A stretch of DNA of 64,000 bases, from the NCBI RefSeq assembly GCF_006345805.1, contig NW_021833050.1, positions 1 through 64,000 on the forward strand. The letters are read 5' to 3'. The DNA comes from Octopus sinensis. Taxonomy: Eukaryota. Below the pieces are notes generated by a model. That model had not been told where the DNA came from and ran no database searches. It saw only the letters and a list, made by a program, of their open reading frames with translations. Within the stretch, counting starts at the first letter, position 1; every line of letters starts with the position of its first letter. Shown one piece after another: positions 12,067-25,324 of the stretch. The translations under genes and the position numbers were made by a program.

Positions 12067-12130
12067 CCAAAACCACCACCACCACCATCACCACCACCAT
12101 CACCACCATCATCATCATCATCATCATCAT
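10085..12130. repeat. About 2-kb (ATC)n/(ACC)n trinucleotide array
   Basis: Direct reading. Confidence 0.97.
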
Positions 12131-12208
12131 CAGGCCCTTATATACATACATACATATATTTATGAACAATTGCTAACAAGCCATCCTTATTATTTTTATG
12201 TATGTATA

Positions 12209-12592
12209 AGCGCAGGAGTGGCTGTGTGGTAAGTAGCTTGCTTACCAACCACATGGTTACCAGTTCAGTCCCACTGCGTGGCACCTTGATTAAGTATCTT
12301 TTGCTATAGCTTCGGGCCAACAAAAGCCTTGTGAGTGGATTTGATAGATGGAAACTGAAAGAAGACTCATCATATGTATTTGTGTGTGCGTCTGTGTGTC
12401 TAAGTTTGTCCCTCCACCATCGCTTGACAATCAATGCTGGTGTGTTTACATCCACGTAACTTAGCAGTTTGGCAAAGTAGACCGATAGAATAAATACTAG
12501 ATTTACAAAGAATGAGCATAGATTTGTTTGGCTAAAGGTGGTGTTCCGGCATGGCCTCAGTCAAATGACTGAAACAAATAAAAGAGTAAAAG
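12209..12592 (+). mobile_element. SINE family B, diverged
   Basis: Head and tail motifs present. Confidence 0.78.
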
Positions 12593-12762
12593 TGTATATA
12601 TATATATTATATATATATATGCAAGTGCATTTGTGTGTGGGGGGGGTGTCCTACTATCAGCACCATTTGATGATCAGTATATACTTGTTTATAATATAAA
12701 TATTTTCATCGCTTTAAGACCGCAACCTGTTCACTGACAAAAATCTGTGTTGCATAGAGGTG

Positions 12763-14040
12763 AACAGGTCGTGGTCTTAAAGTGATGAAAATATTTTGAC
12801 AAATTAAACTTAAATGTTGAAGGTGAATCGAACGGCTTTTGTGTGTTTCTTAACTGGCTTACAAAACCTTCCACGCTGCAATTATATATATATATATATA
12901 AACCTTATTCAGCATGGCTTTGTGAGGTGAACAGGTCGCGGTCTTAAAGCGACGAAAATATTTTGACAAATTAAACTTAAATGTTGAAGTGAATCGAACG
13001 GCTTTTGGTGTTTCTTAAATGGCTTACAAAAAACACCTTCCACGCTGCAATTATATATATATATATAAACCTTATTCAGCATGGATTTTTGTCAGTGAAC
13101 AGGTCACGGTCTTAAAGCGACGAAAATATTTTGACAAATTAAACTTAAATGTTGAAGTGAATCGAACGGCTTTTGTGTGTTTCTTAAATGGCTTACAAAC
13201 ACCTTCCACGCTGCAATTATATATATATATATAAACCTTATTCAGCATGGATTTTTGTCAGTGAACAGGTCACGGTCTTAAAGCGACGAAAAATATGACA
13301 AATTAACTTAAATGTTGAAGTGAATCGAACGGCTTTTGTGTGTTTCTTAAATGGCTTACAAACACCCTTCCACGCTGCAATTATATATATATATATAAAC
13401 CTTATTCAGCATGGATTTTTTTGTCAGTGAACAGGTCACGGTCTTAAAGCGACGAAAATATTTTGACAAATTAAACTTAAATGTTGAAGTGAATCGAACG
13501 GCTTTTTGTGTGTTTCTTAAATGGGCTACAAACACCTTCCACGCTGCCATTATATATATATAAACCTTATTCAGCATGGATTTTGTCAGTGAACAGGTCA
13601 CGGTCTTAAAGCGACGAAAATATTTTGACAAATTAAACTTAAATGTTGAAGTGAATCGAACGGATTTGTGTGTTTCTTAAATGGCTTACAAACACTTTCC
13701 ACGCTGCAATATATATATATATTATAACCTATTCAGCATGGATTTTTGTCAGTGAACAGGTCACGGTCTTAAAGCGACGAAAATATTTTGACAAATTAAA
13801 CTTAAATGTTGAAGTGAATCGAACGGCTTTTGTGTGTTTCTTAAATGGCTTACAAACACCTTCCACGCTGCAATTATATATATATATATAAACCTTATTC
13901 AGCATGGATTTTTGTCAGTGAACAGGTCACGGTCTTAAAGCGACGAAAATATTTTGACAAATTAAACTTAAATGTTGAAGTGAATCGAACGGCTTTTGTG
14001 TGTTTCTTAACTGGCTTACAAACATCTTCCACGCTGCAAT
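12763..14040. repeat. Tandem array, about 165-bp unit, about 8 copies
   Basis: aaccttattcagc recurs at 12901, 13068, 13234, 13398, 13563, 13726 and 13891. Confidence 0.95.
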
Positions 14041-14200
14041 TGTTTTCGTTTCAGCACACAATCTCAGATCAAGTCACTTGCTATGCAAGTACATCTCCGT
14101 AATTGAAGATCATAGAAAAAGGTTAAAACAGGATGTGGACATCCACTGCCAGATGGATCCCTTTCTATTTCTAGCAGCAGCATTAACTCAACATTGAAGA
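14020..14200 (-). other. Putative first exon of the chitin synthase-like gene (5' boundary approximate)
   Basis: Unique sequence ending GGAAG ATG TTT|GTAAGC. ATG TTT is in frame with the acceptor at 8220 (TTG CAG TCG...), with an in-frame TGA further upstream. Confidence 0.35.
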
Positions 14201-14656
14201 ATTTATGCTCAGCCAGTTTTAATACACATATATGTTAACTGTGTGACCTGGAGCAATGTTGAATAAAATAACTTGCTCAAGGACACAAGGTGAATGCCGA
14301 ACCACAAACTGAACCTTTGACCTGCTGATTGAGAGGTAATTACTTAACCACCAAGGCACACATTTTAATCTGAACAAAGTACTGATATACGTCTGACATA
14401 TATTTCAGTTAATGGAAAAGGCAGAAATAGCAGCTAAATATCCCTACAGTCTTATAGGTGTGTATAAGCCAATGAGAGAAACCTCTACATGGTAGCTTGA
14501 TCTAGCAAAAACAGCAACCAATCTCACTCAAATCTTACCATCCTCTGTTATATATATGTAGATATGTACATATAGACCTACAAGGAAGACCTATACATGG
14601 TTGGTAGAAATGATAGAAATAACAACCAAATTTCTCTCAACTCATACCATACTATA

Positions 14657-15050
14657 CTCTTTACTCTTTTACTTGTTTCAGTCATTTGACTGCGGCCACG
14701 CTGGAGCACCGCCTTTAGTTGAGCAAATCGACCCCAGGACTTATCCTTTGTAAGTCCAGTACTTATTCTATCATTCTCTTTTGCCGAACTGCTAAGTGAC
14801 GGGGACGTAAACACACCAGCATCAGTTGTCAAGCGATTTTGGGGGGACGAACACAGGCACACATATATATATTATATACATGTATATATATACGATGGGC
14901 TTCTTTCAGTTTCCATCTACCAAATCCACTCACAAGGCTTTGGTCAGCCCGAGGCTATACAAGAAGACACCTGCCCAGGGTGCCATGTAGTGGGACTGAA
15001 CCCGGAACCATGTGGTTGATAAGCAAGCTACTTATCACACAGCAACTCCT
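14657..15050 (-). mobile_element. SINE family B
   Basis: Family body on the minus strand. Confidence 0.78.
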
Positions 15051-15530
15051 ACGTAGATATGTACATATAAACTTAAAAGGAAGACCTTCACAAGGTTAGT
15101 AGAAATGATAGATATAACAACCAAATTTCTCTCAACACACACCATACTATGTATATATTATGAAATGAAAGTACAAGGCAATTCACTATATGGTTGCTAT
15201 ATTTGGCTGAAATATCAGGCAAACTTCGTTCACATCACACACTACGGTGTTAAGAAAGGGGTCACACTGGACAGAATAATCCTGAAAAACAGAGAGAATG
15301 GACATTGGTGGAATACTTTGACCATAGGTTTGCTTCACCAGGGTGACTGGTGATTAAATATATATATATTCACACACACATGCATAAGTGCATGCCTCTG
15401 TACACATATATGATGATCGCCACATCTATATTATATGATATATATATATATATATAGTATAGATATGATATATATATATATTATATATATACACATATGT
15501 ATATATGTATGGATATATGTATATATTTAT

Positions 15531-15561
<31 letters not shown>

Positions 15562-15611
15562 GAGATATATATATATATATATATGTATATAAATAGTATA
15601 TATACATTATC

Positions 15612-15651
<40 letters not shown>

Positions 15652-15684
15652 GTATATATATATGGATAATATGTATATATATAG

Positions 15685-15754
<70 letters not shown>

Positions 15755-15865
15755 ATAATATTATATATATATAATGTGACCTCGTGGGTACCGTGGCGAT
15801 TTTTTCCTTGTCTTTCTGGATCTTTCCTTCTCCTATGTTTCCGACGAAGAGCTCCGCTCGAAACG

Positions 15866-15908
<43 letters not shown>

Positions 15909-16105
15909 AAATAAGCAACAAGGATATCCAGAGGTAATGCAGTTATAATCGTTTCATTACCTCTGGGAATCCTTGTTGCTTATTTGGATTGTAATCCCCT
16001 ATTTTGAATTATATGGATAATACCATACTAAATTCTGGTGCCTTTAACTTAAGTACCATATTCAACGGAATCTAAATTTTACTGAACTTATATATATATG
16101 TGTGT

Positions 16106-16142
<37 letters not shown>

Positions 16143-16148
16143 TGTATA

Positions 16149-16187
<39 letters not shown>

Positions 16188-16426
16188 AAAATTAAAAATA
16201 AAAAATAATAATAAAAATAATAATAATAATAAATATATTTATATATATATTAATATAAAAATTTATAAGTATAAATGAATAATCTAAAAAAATTTTTTAA
16301 TTTTAAATTTAAATTTTGAATTTTATATTTTATAGATATTGTATGTTATATAATTAATTTTTATTTCTATGTATGGTATGTTTTTCACTGTTTGATTCGC
16401 CTAATAGTGGTTTTATCTCTAATTTA

Positions 16427-16458
<32 letters not shown>

Positions 16459-16973
16459 ATATATTACACACACACACACAAATAGATAGGTAGATAGATA
16501 GATTTGTAGATACACACACACACACACACGAGATAGACAGACAGTCCGATAGACACAGAGACATACATATATTAATGTTCGTTGCTATGTCAATTTATAA
16601 TCGTTTCTACTATAGACACAAGGCATGAAATTTTGGGGAAAGGCCAAGTCGATTACATCAACTCTAGTACATCGTTGGTACTTGATTTATCGACCCCAAA
16701 AGGATGAAAGGCAAAGTCGACCTCAGCAGAATTTGAACTCAGAATGTAAAGACAGACAAAAATGCCATTAAGTATTCTGTCTGACATGCTAACGATTCTG
16801 CCAAATTTTACATTAAACAGAAAGAGTACACAGCACTTTTTGCAGAGTACAAATTAATTATTCTTTAACAAGAATAGTGTTGGCAGGGACTTCAAAATTT
16901 CAACTGACTCAATGTTCATCAGACCGTGTGTGTGTGTATATGTATATATATATATATATTATATTATATAATA

Positions 16974-17015
<42 letters not shown>

Positions 17016-17119
17016 TCTATTATATATCTATATATATGTATCTATATATATATTGTATATATATATATTCTACTATATATGTTGTGGTCTATATAAATAT
17101 TATATATATGTATATGTGG

Positions 17120-17153
<34 letters not shown>

Positions 17154-18778
17154 TATATTTATATATATATTATATATATATGTATATATATATATGTATA
17201 TATATATGTATATGTATATACTCATATGTATATGTATATATATATCCTACTTATATATATATATAATATATATATATATCTATGTAGTATGTATGTATCT
17301 ATCTATCTATCTTTCTATCTATATACATATATATTTATATACACCACACACACACACACACATATATACACATACATACATGCGTGTGTGAACAATAAAG
17401 AGAAAAGTCATCATCAAATGATGTACGTCCATCATGCAAATATCAAAAGGAAAAAAATATAATTCGTAGTCTCACCTTAGTGCCTGTGTATATGTGAGTC
17501 CATATATAATACCTGTTACCTTTCTATGTATGTACATCATATTCATATATTATGAAACAAGGACAAGGCAATAGTCCAAAGATAAGGGACTAAAATATGA
17601 CTCTTAGTGATAATAACTATGACCCACATATACAGACACATACGTGCACACATATGTGTGTTTGTGTATACACACACATGTGTGTGTATATATATATATA
17701 TACACACAATATATATATATATATTATATATATGTATGCATGTGTGTGTATGTGTGTATATACATATATATACATACATACATATATGTATGCATATTTG
17801 TGTATGTATATATTTATGTATATATGTGTGTCTGTGTATGTGTTTGTATGCATGTAGGTGTGTATTATATAAGTAACAAAGAAGAGGAAATAAACATCTA
17901 AAAATAAATCATGACATGAATTCCTATACACACACACACATAATGTGTGTATGCGTGTGTGTGTGTGCATATGTATGTGTGTGTCTTTACGCACATAGAT
18001 GTGATGGCATGAAATTCTTCCATTCACTTGCTCTGTAAAGTTATTTAAGAAAAATTATATTAATATATGTTGTCTGTTGAAAATCCATATTTGTGCAGCT
18101 GAAGATAGCGCTGTATTTAAACTGATGTAATCATTGCACTGTTCAATTAAATGGAGCAGCTTGAAATGGTCATACTGCATTACTACTTGTCATCCTGCTA
18201 CTTATTTTGATTTTATTCACCTTACTTCAAGCTGTGCAGATAACACTGGACTGACTTGATGCTTTAGCTTCTGTTCCTAATTCAACTGAATCTTCATTTC
18301 TTCTTACACACACACACACACACACACATATATACATATAAGGAAAATAAAACAAGGTAGAAAATGCTAAAATAATTTTATCATGAAGTATATTTTAGTA
18401 CCAATTTACATCTTTTAGACTTTTTCAGTTATGAGTAAAATAAGAAAAACTATTAAATTGGAGAAAAGACAATTAAGTGAAATGTTTAGTAAATATTTCC
18501 ATAGTTTTCAAATAGTCTGTCTGTCTGTCTCTAAAACTGTCACTGTCTTTCTCTTTGTGAATGCTTGCTAACTTGGTATGTATGTAGGTAGGTAGGAAAA
18601 AATATAGACCAAAAATTTATTCAATTTAGAGAAAAGTCTATCACTTATTATGTGTAGGCATAATACTTATTAACTGGGGAAAAAAAAGTCTAAATAAATT
18701 TTAGATTTATATTTTTCCCTTTAATCCAACGTATCAAAGTACTCAGAACCTATCAGCTAATTATAATGTTGATGCATA

Positions 18779-19165
18779 TCTTTATATATAAAAGTAAGGT
18801 TGTGTGTCTGTCTACTCCGATTAGATTCCTAACTACTCCCACATTTTGCGGTGCAGTTTAACCAAAACCGGGTATCTTATAGTCATGATTTATATCGAGC
18901 CCTTCTGGGTATTAGCGCGTGTCTACGATGAGTCTACGATTTTAAAAATAATTTACCATCATTTTTTTCCATTTTAATGCATATTTTTTTAAAGGGAAGT
19001 AACTCTCTAAAAATGTCTATGATGAGTCAACAATTTAAAAAAAAATTACCATCATATTTTTTCCATTTTTAATGCAATTTTTTGCTATTTTTTGGCTGTA
19101 ACTCTCTAAAATGCTTTATAGTTATTTCCCTTACAAACCCAAGCAACGCCGGGTGATGCTGCTAG
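18779..19165 (+). mobile_element. Non-autonomous Helitron-like element
   Basis: A|TC 5' end (TCTTTATATATAAAAG), 3' GC-rich hairpin cccaagcaacgccggg, then CTAG|T. Confidence 0.75.
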
Positions 19166-19540
19166 TTAGTTTTATAAAATCTCTGCATTCTCTATGAGTG
19201 TCATTATAACCATTTGACATTAACCTAGTTCTCCTAATGCCAAATCTGTTTACCAAATAGTAGTAATTGGCATTTCTACATAAATTCCTTTATATGGAGC
19301 TCTGACATCCCCTTTACCCCATTTCTATAATTAGAAAATCTTTATTGTCTCCTTTCATTTGTCCTTTCCCCTCAGAACCTTACAGTAGTTCCCAGCAACT
19401 GAATTTTAGTCAGTCAGTTGATAAGCTCCACTACCTCAAATGTTCTTAAAATTTAAATCCACATCTTTGTCTATATATCTACCTTCTCTATAATGTTACC
19501 ACTTGATATGAAAATTATGTATTAATGGAAAACCTCTATG

Positions 19541-19630
19541 AATGGCTGATGAGTGCTCAGCATTTTAAAACTGTTGTAATACTTACAACATTTAATAAAA
19601 TGATGTTGTGCGAAACGATCGTACCAAATT
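19541..19630 (+). ncRNA. Type-I hammerhead ribozyme motif in a dispersed repeat
   Basis: UGG-CUGAUGA(19546-52)-long stem II with an 8-bp UGUUGUAA/UUACAACA core-GAAA(19612-15)-CGAUCG-UA-CCA. Confidence 0.65.
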
Positions 19631-19906
19631 ACCGAAGTTATTCTAGTTGCTTATTTTGATTATAATCACCCCACGGATTTTTATGGATAACACCATACAA
19701 AATTCTGGTGCATCTAACTTAAGTACCATATTCATTTGAATCTAAATTTTGCTGAACTTATGTATATATATACGCAATCATTAACATTTATGTATCAACT
19801 TTGTTGGGTATTTCACTAGCAGTATATTGGATATATGTTATCCATGGAGGGTTGCATTTACAACCCCTATCTCAATTTGTATATATGTATATATATATAT
19901 ATATAT

Positions 19907-19959
<53 letters not shown>

Positions 19960-20382
19960 TATATATATATGAATATGTATGCATATATATACATAGATAT
20001 ATACCGGAGTAAATACATAAATGTGAAACAAGGTGGAAAAAAAGAGTACTCAAATACCAGGGGTAGAGTAATATGCTTTATTTAAAAGCAGCAGAAATTC
20101 AACAAAACCTGTTACTTGGAGTTTCATGTTCCCGTTCGTCCGACAGTTTTCTAACAGGTTTTGTTAAAATCCTGCTGCTTTTACATAGATATATACATAT
20201 AGATGCATTTATGAATTTGTGTTACAAGATTCCTGATATGAAACTGTGTGTTGAAACAGATATTGTAGTATTTTGGGACGGTGAACTTTTTTGCCAAATA
20301 TACACCCACACTACATATTCATTCTTCACTCATTTATTGCTGTTCTTATTCCATCCCATGTCCATTGTCTGCTAATCTTTTG

Positions 20383-20432
20383 TCACACCTCTGTGACCTC
20401 TTCAGTGACACCTTCTATCGTCATGTGTGCTC
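20383..20432 (-). CDS. Candidate terminal exon of an unidentified gene (xAHMTIEGVTEEVTEV*)
   Basis: Strong acceptor tcttattttctttttttctttttgcag at 20433-20460, short ORF to TGA, and AATAAA at 20338-20333. Confidence 0.4.
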
Positions 20433-20502
20433 CTGCAAAAAGAAAAAAAGAAAATAAGAGCATCAATAAATGAATGAAGAACGAATATATAGCGTGTTGT
20501 AT

Positions 20503-20710
20503 ACTCTCTTACTCTTTTACTTGTTTCAGTCATTTTGACTGTGGCCATGCTGGAGCACCGTCTTTAGTCGAACAAATCGACCCCAAGAATTATTCTTTGT
20601 AAGCCTAGTACTTATTCTATCGGTCTATTTTGTTGAACTGCTAACTTACAGGGATGTAAACACACCAGCATTGGTTATCAAGTGATGTTGAGGGGACAAA
20701 CACGGAAACA

Positions 20711-20809
<99 letters not shown>

Positions 20810-20977
20810 GTATACGATGGGCTTCTTTCAGTTTCCGTCTACCAAATCCACTCACAAGGCATTGGTTGGAGTGAGGCTATAGTAGAAGACACTTGCCTAA
20901 GGCGCCACACTGTGGGACTGAACCTAGAACCATGTGGTTCATAAGCAAGCTACTTACCATACAGCCACTCCTGCGCC
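20503..20977 (-). mobile_element. SINE family B with expanded internal (CA)/(TA)
   Basis: Family body on the minus strand. Confidence 0.78.
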
Positions 20978-21037
20978 TGTTTATTTGGAAAACAGAAAAT
21001 GACCATCCCGAAATACAAAACTATATATATATATATA

Positions 21038-21089
<52 letters not shown>

Positions 21090-21321
21090 GCTCGAACCGA
21101 TCGTGACGATGCCGGACCCTCCGGCCCCTGTGCAGGTGGCACGTAAAAAGCACCCAATCCACTCACAGAGTGGTTGGCGTTAGGAAGGGCATCCAGCCGT
21201 AGAAACTCTGCCAGATTCAGACTGGAGCCTGGAGCGGCCCCTGGCTTCCCAGACCCGGTCGAACCATCCAACCCGTGCTAGCACGGAAAGCGGACGTTAA
21301 ACGATGATGATGATGATGATG

Positions 21322-21375
<54 letters not shown>

Positions 21376-21682
21376 AAGAAAGATGTATCCCACAGGTGAT
21401 AGATAGATAGATAGATAGATACAAACAGATGTATCGAACGAGTAACAAGAACTTTGTACTATTTTCACAAAGAGATAATAATATAAGATAAAGGTAGATT
21501 ATGGAAAATATGTTAAAACATAATGAAGGAAAATGAATGTTGTACAAGGTAATTACATTGAATGAAACTACCTGATAATAATAATAATAATAATCCTTTC
21601 TACTATAGGCACAAGGCCTGAAATTTGAGGGTAGGGGACTAGTTGATTACATCGAACTCAGTGCATAACTGGTATTTAATTT

Positions 21683-22460
21683 AGGCGGCGAGCTGGCAGA
21701 ATCGTTAGCAAGGCGGGCGAAACGCTCAGCAGTATTTCGTCTGCTGCTACATTCTGAGTTCAAATTCCGCCGAGGTCGACTTTGCCTTTCATCCTTTCGG
21801 GGTCGATTAAATAAGTACCAGTTACGCACTGGGGGTCGATGTAATTGACTTAATCCATTTGTCCGTCCTTGTTTGTCCTCTCTGTGTTTAGCCCCTTGTG
21901 GGTAATGACCATCCCGAAATACAAAACTATATATATATATATATGTGTGTGTGTATATATATATAGGTATTTAATTTATCAACCCTGAAAGGATGAAAGG
22001 TAAAGTTGACCTCGGTGCAATTTGAACTCAGAATGGCAAGACAGACGAAATACCTATTTCTTTATTACCCACAAGGGGCTAAACACAGAGGGGAAAAACA
22101 AGGACAGACATAGGTATTAAGTCGATTACATCGACCCCAGTGCATAACTGGTACTTAATTTATTGACCTCGAAAGGATGAAAGGCAAAGTCGACCTCAGC
22201 GGAATTTGAACTCAGAATGTAACCGCAGACGAAATACCTATTTCTTTATTACCCACAAGGGGCTAAACACAGAGGGGAAAAACAAGAACAGACAAAGGGA
22301 TTAAGTCGATTATATCGACCCCAGTGCGTAACTGGTACTTAATTTATCGACCCCGAAAGGATGAAATGCAAAGTCGACCTCGGTGGAATTTGAACTCACA
22401 ACGTAACGCAGACAAAATACCGCTAAGCATTTCACCTGGTGTGCTAACAATTCTGCCTGC
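21683..22460. mobile_element. Cluster of SINE family C (ggcggcgagctggcagaatcg...gcctttcatcctttcggggtcgataaa...) in both orientations
   Basis: tRNA-like head with ttctgagttcaaattcc. Other copies at about 16610-16805, 24467-24690, 31013-31226, 35454-35672, 40375-40597, 49187-49420, 58593-58810 and 61850-62220. Confidence 0.78.
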
Positions 22461-22712
22461 TCCCTACCTTAATTATAATAATAAACTTTTCTACTAAAGG
22501 CTCAAGGTCCGAAATTTTGCGGAAAGGGATCACTAATACTTAACCCATTAGCATTTAAACTGGCCTTATCTGGCCCAAATATTCTACCTGTTTTATGTTC
22601 AATATGATGAGACTTGGCCTTTCACACCTACCCTACAATGTCATTCTAAAAATAGATATTCACATCATCAAAATCTTTAAGTTGTGAGATAATGCCTATA
22701 TATATATATGTG

Positions 22713-23053
22713 ATAGGCTTCTTTCAGTTTCCGTCTATCAAATCTGCTCACAAGGCTTTGATTGGCCCGAGGCTATAGTAGAAGACACTTGCCCGAGGTG
22801 CCACACAGTGGGACTGAACCCCGGAACCATGTGGTTGGTAAGCAAGCTACTTACCACACAACCACTCCTGTGCCTATATATATATATATATGACAGGCTT
22901 CTTTCAGTTTCCATCTACTAAATCCACTCACAAGGCTTTGGTCAGCCCGAGGCTATAGTAGAAGACACTTGCCCAAGGTGGCACATAGTAGGACTGAACC
23001 CGGAACCATGTGGTTGGTAAGCAAGCTACTTACCACATAACCACTCCTATGCC
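22713..23053 (-). mobile_element. Two tandem SINE family B 5' halves
   Basis: Duplicated head segment. Confidence 0.75.
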
Positions 23054-23186
23054 TATATATACAAATTATAAAAATAATAAAAAAACAACACCACAGAGGA
23101 ATCAGTGTAAACTTAAATAATAATAGGTGAACTACAATATGACGAGGGATTACCGCAAATATATCTATACACACACACACACACCA

Positions 23187-23226
<40 letters not shown>

Positions 23227-23325
23227 ACACACATACGTACACACACAAAGGTACACATTTTGTGTGTGTGTCTATGTATGGACATATGTGTGTATGTATG
23301 TGTTTCTGTGTTATCGTACACTCAC

Positions 23326-23425
23326 TGACCGTCACAGATATTTCTAGTGATGAGTGTATATAGTTTGTGGGTGTAGGTTTGAAGTCTTTGTTAACCACAG
23401 ACACAAAAACATGCACACCATTCCC
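23326..23425 (-). CDS. Candidate internal exon of the same unidentified gene (GNGVHVFVSVVNKDFKPTPTNYIHSSLEISVTV)
   Basis: 100-nt unique island between (CA)n tracts with one open frame. Donor A|GTGAGT (phase 1) matches the phase of the 20432 exon. The acceptor (TG-repeat...ATAAG) is weak. Confidence 0.3.
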
Positions 23426-23918
23426 CTTATACACACACACGCACACAGATACACACACACGTGTGCACACACAAATATGTTTATGGTTTTATCAGTGAAA
23501 TACTATCAGATTACCTAACCTATAATGATTTCATCATCATCATCATCATCGTTTAACGTCCGTTTTCCGCGCTAGCACGGGTTGGACGGTTTCGACCGGG
23601 GTCTGGGGAGCTCGGGACTGCCCCAGGCTCCAGTCTAGTCTGGCAGTGTTTCTACAGCTGGATGCCCTTCCTAACGCCAACCACTCCGCGAGTGTAGTGG
23701 GTGTTTTTTACGTGCCACCTGCACAGGTGCCAGAGGGGTCTGGCATCGGCCACGTTCGGATGGTGCTTTTTATGGGGGGGGGTGCAGAAATATAGGGAGC
23801 AGCACCAGTGGGAGGGGTGGTTCAGAGGACAGGTTCTAGGCAAGTAGAACGTAGGATATCGAGAGAGGGGTAATGCATGGTGAAATAATATTTATATATA
23901 CTTATATATATATATATA

Positions 23919-23969
<51 letters not shown>

Positions 23970-25324
23970 ATATATATATATATATTTGCCTAATAGTGGT
24001 TTTATCTCTTATTTAATTTATATATATATATATATAGTGTGTGTGTAAGTATGTGTGTATTGGTCTAGTCATGTGATGGGTATCGATGAGGACAGCTTCA
24101 TAAAAATAGTACTAAAGTACCAGTTGCTTAAAGTGGATGTGACTTGTGGAAGAGGGGGGACTCATGAACTATGTGGAAATAAAATGGTGAAGGCTGATTT
24201 CAACTAGATGTGTGATCGTTGACAGAGCGGCTATTCGAGTATGATCGTTACCAGCAGCCCCTTACTGGCATTCATGCCTGTGCTAGTAGGGTGCCAAGAA
24301 CTCCACCCGAGTGTGATCGTTGCCAGAGCAGCCAACTGGCTTCCGTACCCGTGGCACGTACAAGGGCACCATTCGAACGTGACCGTTACCAACGTTGCTT
24401 CACTAGCACCTGTGTCGGTGGCACGTGTAAAAAAGATTCAAGCGAGGTCATTGCCAGTACCTATTTCTTTATTACCCACAAGGTGCTAAACACAGAGGAG
24501 ACAAGCAAGGACAGACAGACGGATTAAGTCGAGTATATCGACCCCAGTGTGTAACTGGTACCTAATTTATTGACCCCGAAAGGATGAAAGGCAAAGTCGA
24601 CCTCGGCGGAATTTGAACTCTGAACGTAGCAGCAGACTAAATACCGCTAAGAATTTCGTCCGGCCTGCTAATGATTCTGCCAGCTTGCCATCATTGCCAG
24701 TACCACCTGACTGGCCCCCGTACCGGTGGCACGTAAAGAGCGCCCACTACACTCTTGGAGTGGTTGGCATTAGGAAGGGCATCCAGCTGTAGAAACACTG
24801 CCAGATCAGACTGGAGCCTGGTGCAGCCTTCTGGCTTCCCAGATCCCCAGTCGAACTGTCCAACCCATGCTAGCATGGAAAGCGGATGCTAAACGATGAT
24901 GATGATGATATTGGTCGGTAGTGTTTACAAGAGTGTATGGTGGACAGATAAGGGGGGTGACAATGAAGAACTTGTGTTGAAGGGGTAGATGTAACAAATA
25001 GTGAGTGTACAAGCAGTGGTGAGTACCCAGTGAGGCATTAAGGTTGAAGAACAGCAGAAAAAAAGCTGCAGTGGGAAAATTGATGGATGTCTCAAGGAGG
25101 AAACTGGATATGGGTCTTTGTTGTATATATATCTTTTACCTTTTATTTGTTTCAATCATTAAACTGCAACCATGCTGGAGCACCGTCTTGAAAAATTTTT
25201 CTTTGAACAAACCAACCCCAGTACATATGGGGATATAAACACACCAACACTAATTACCAAACAGTGGTAAGGGACAAACATAAAGACACACACGCACACA
25301 CACACACGCGCATACATATATGTT

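Noticed and set aside
9975-12169. Poly-Met / poly-Asp ORFs
   Set aside because: Translations of the (ATC)n array.
14041-14197. Plus-strand exon after ttgttttcgtttcag
   Set aside because: No recognisable peptide or partner exons; the minus-strand donor reading fits the neighbouring gene better, though both are unproven.
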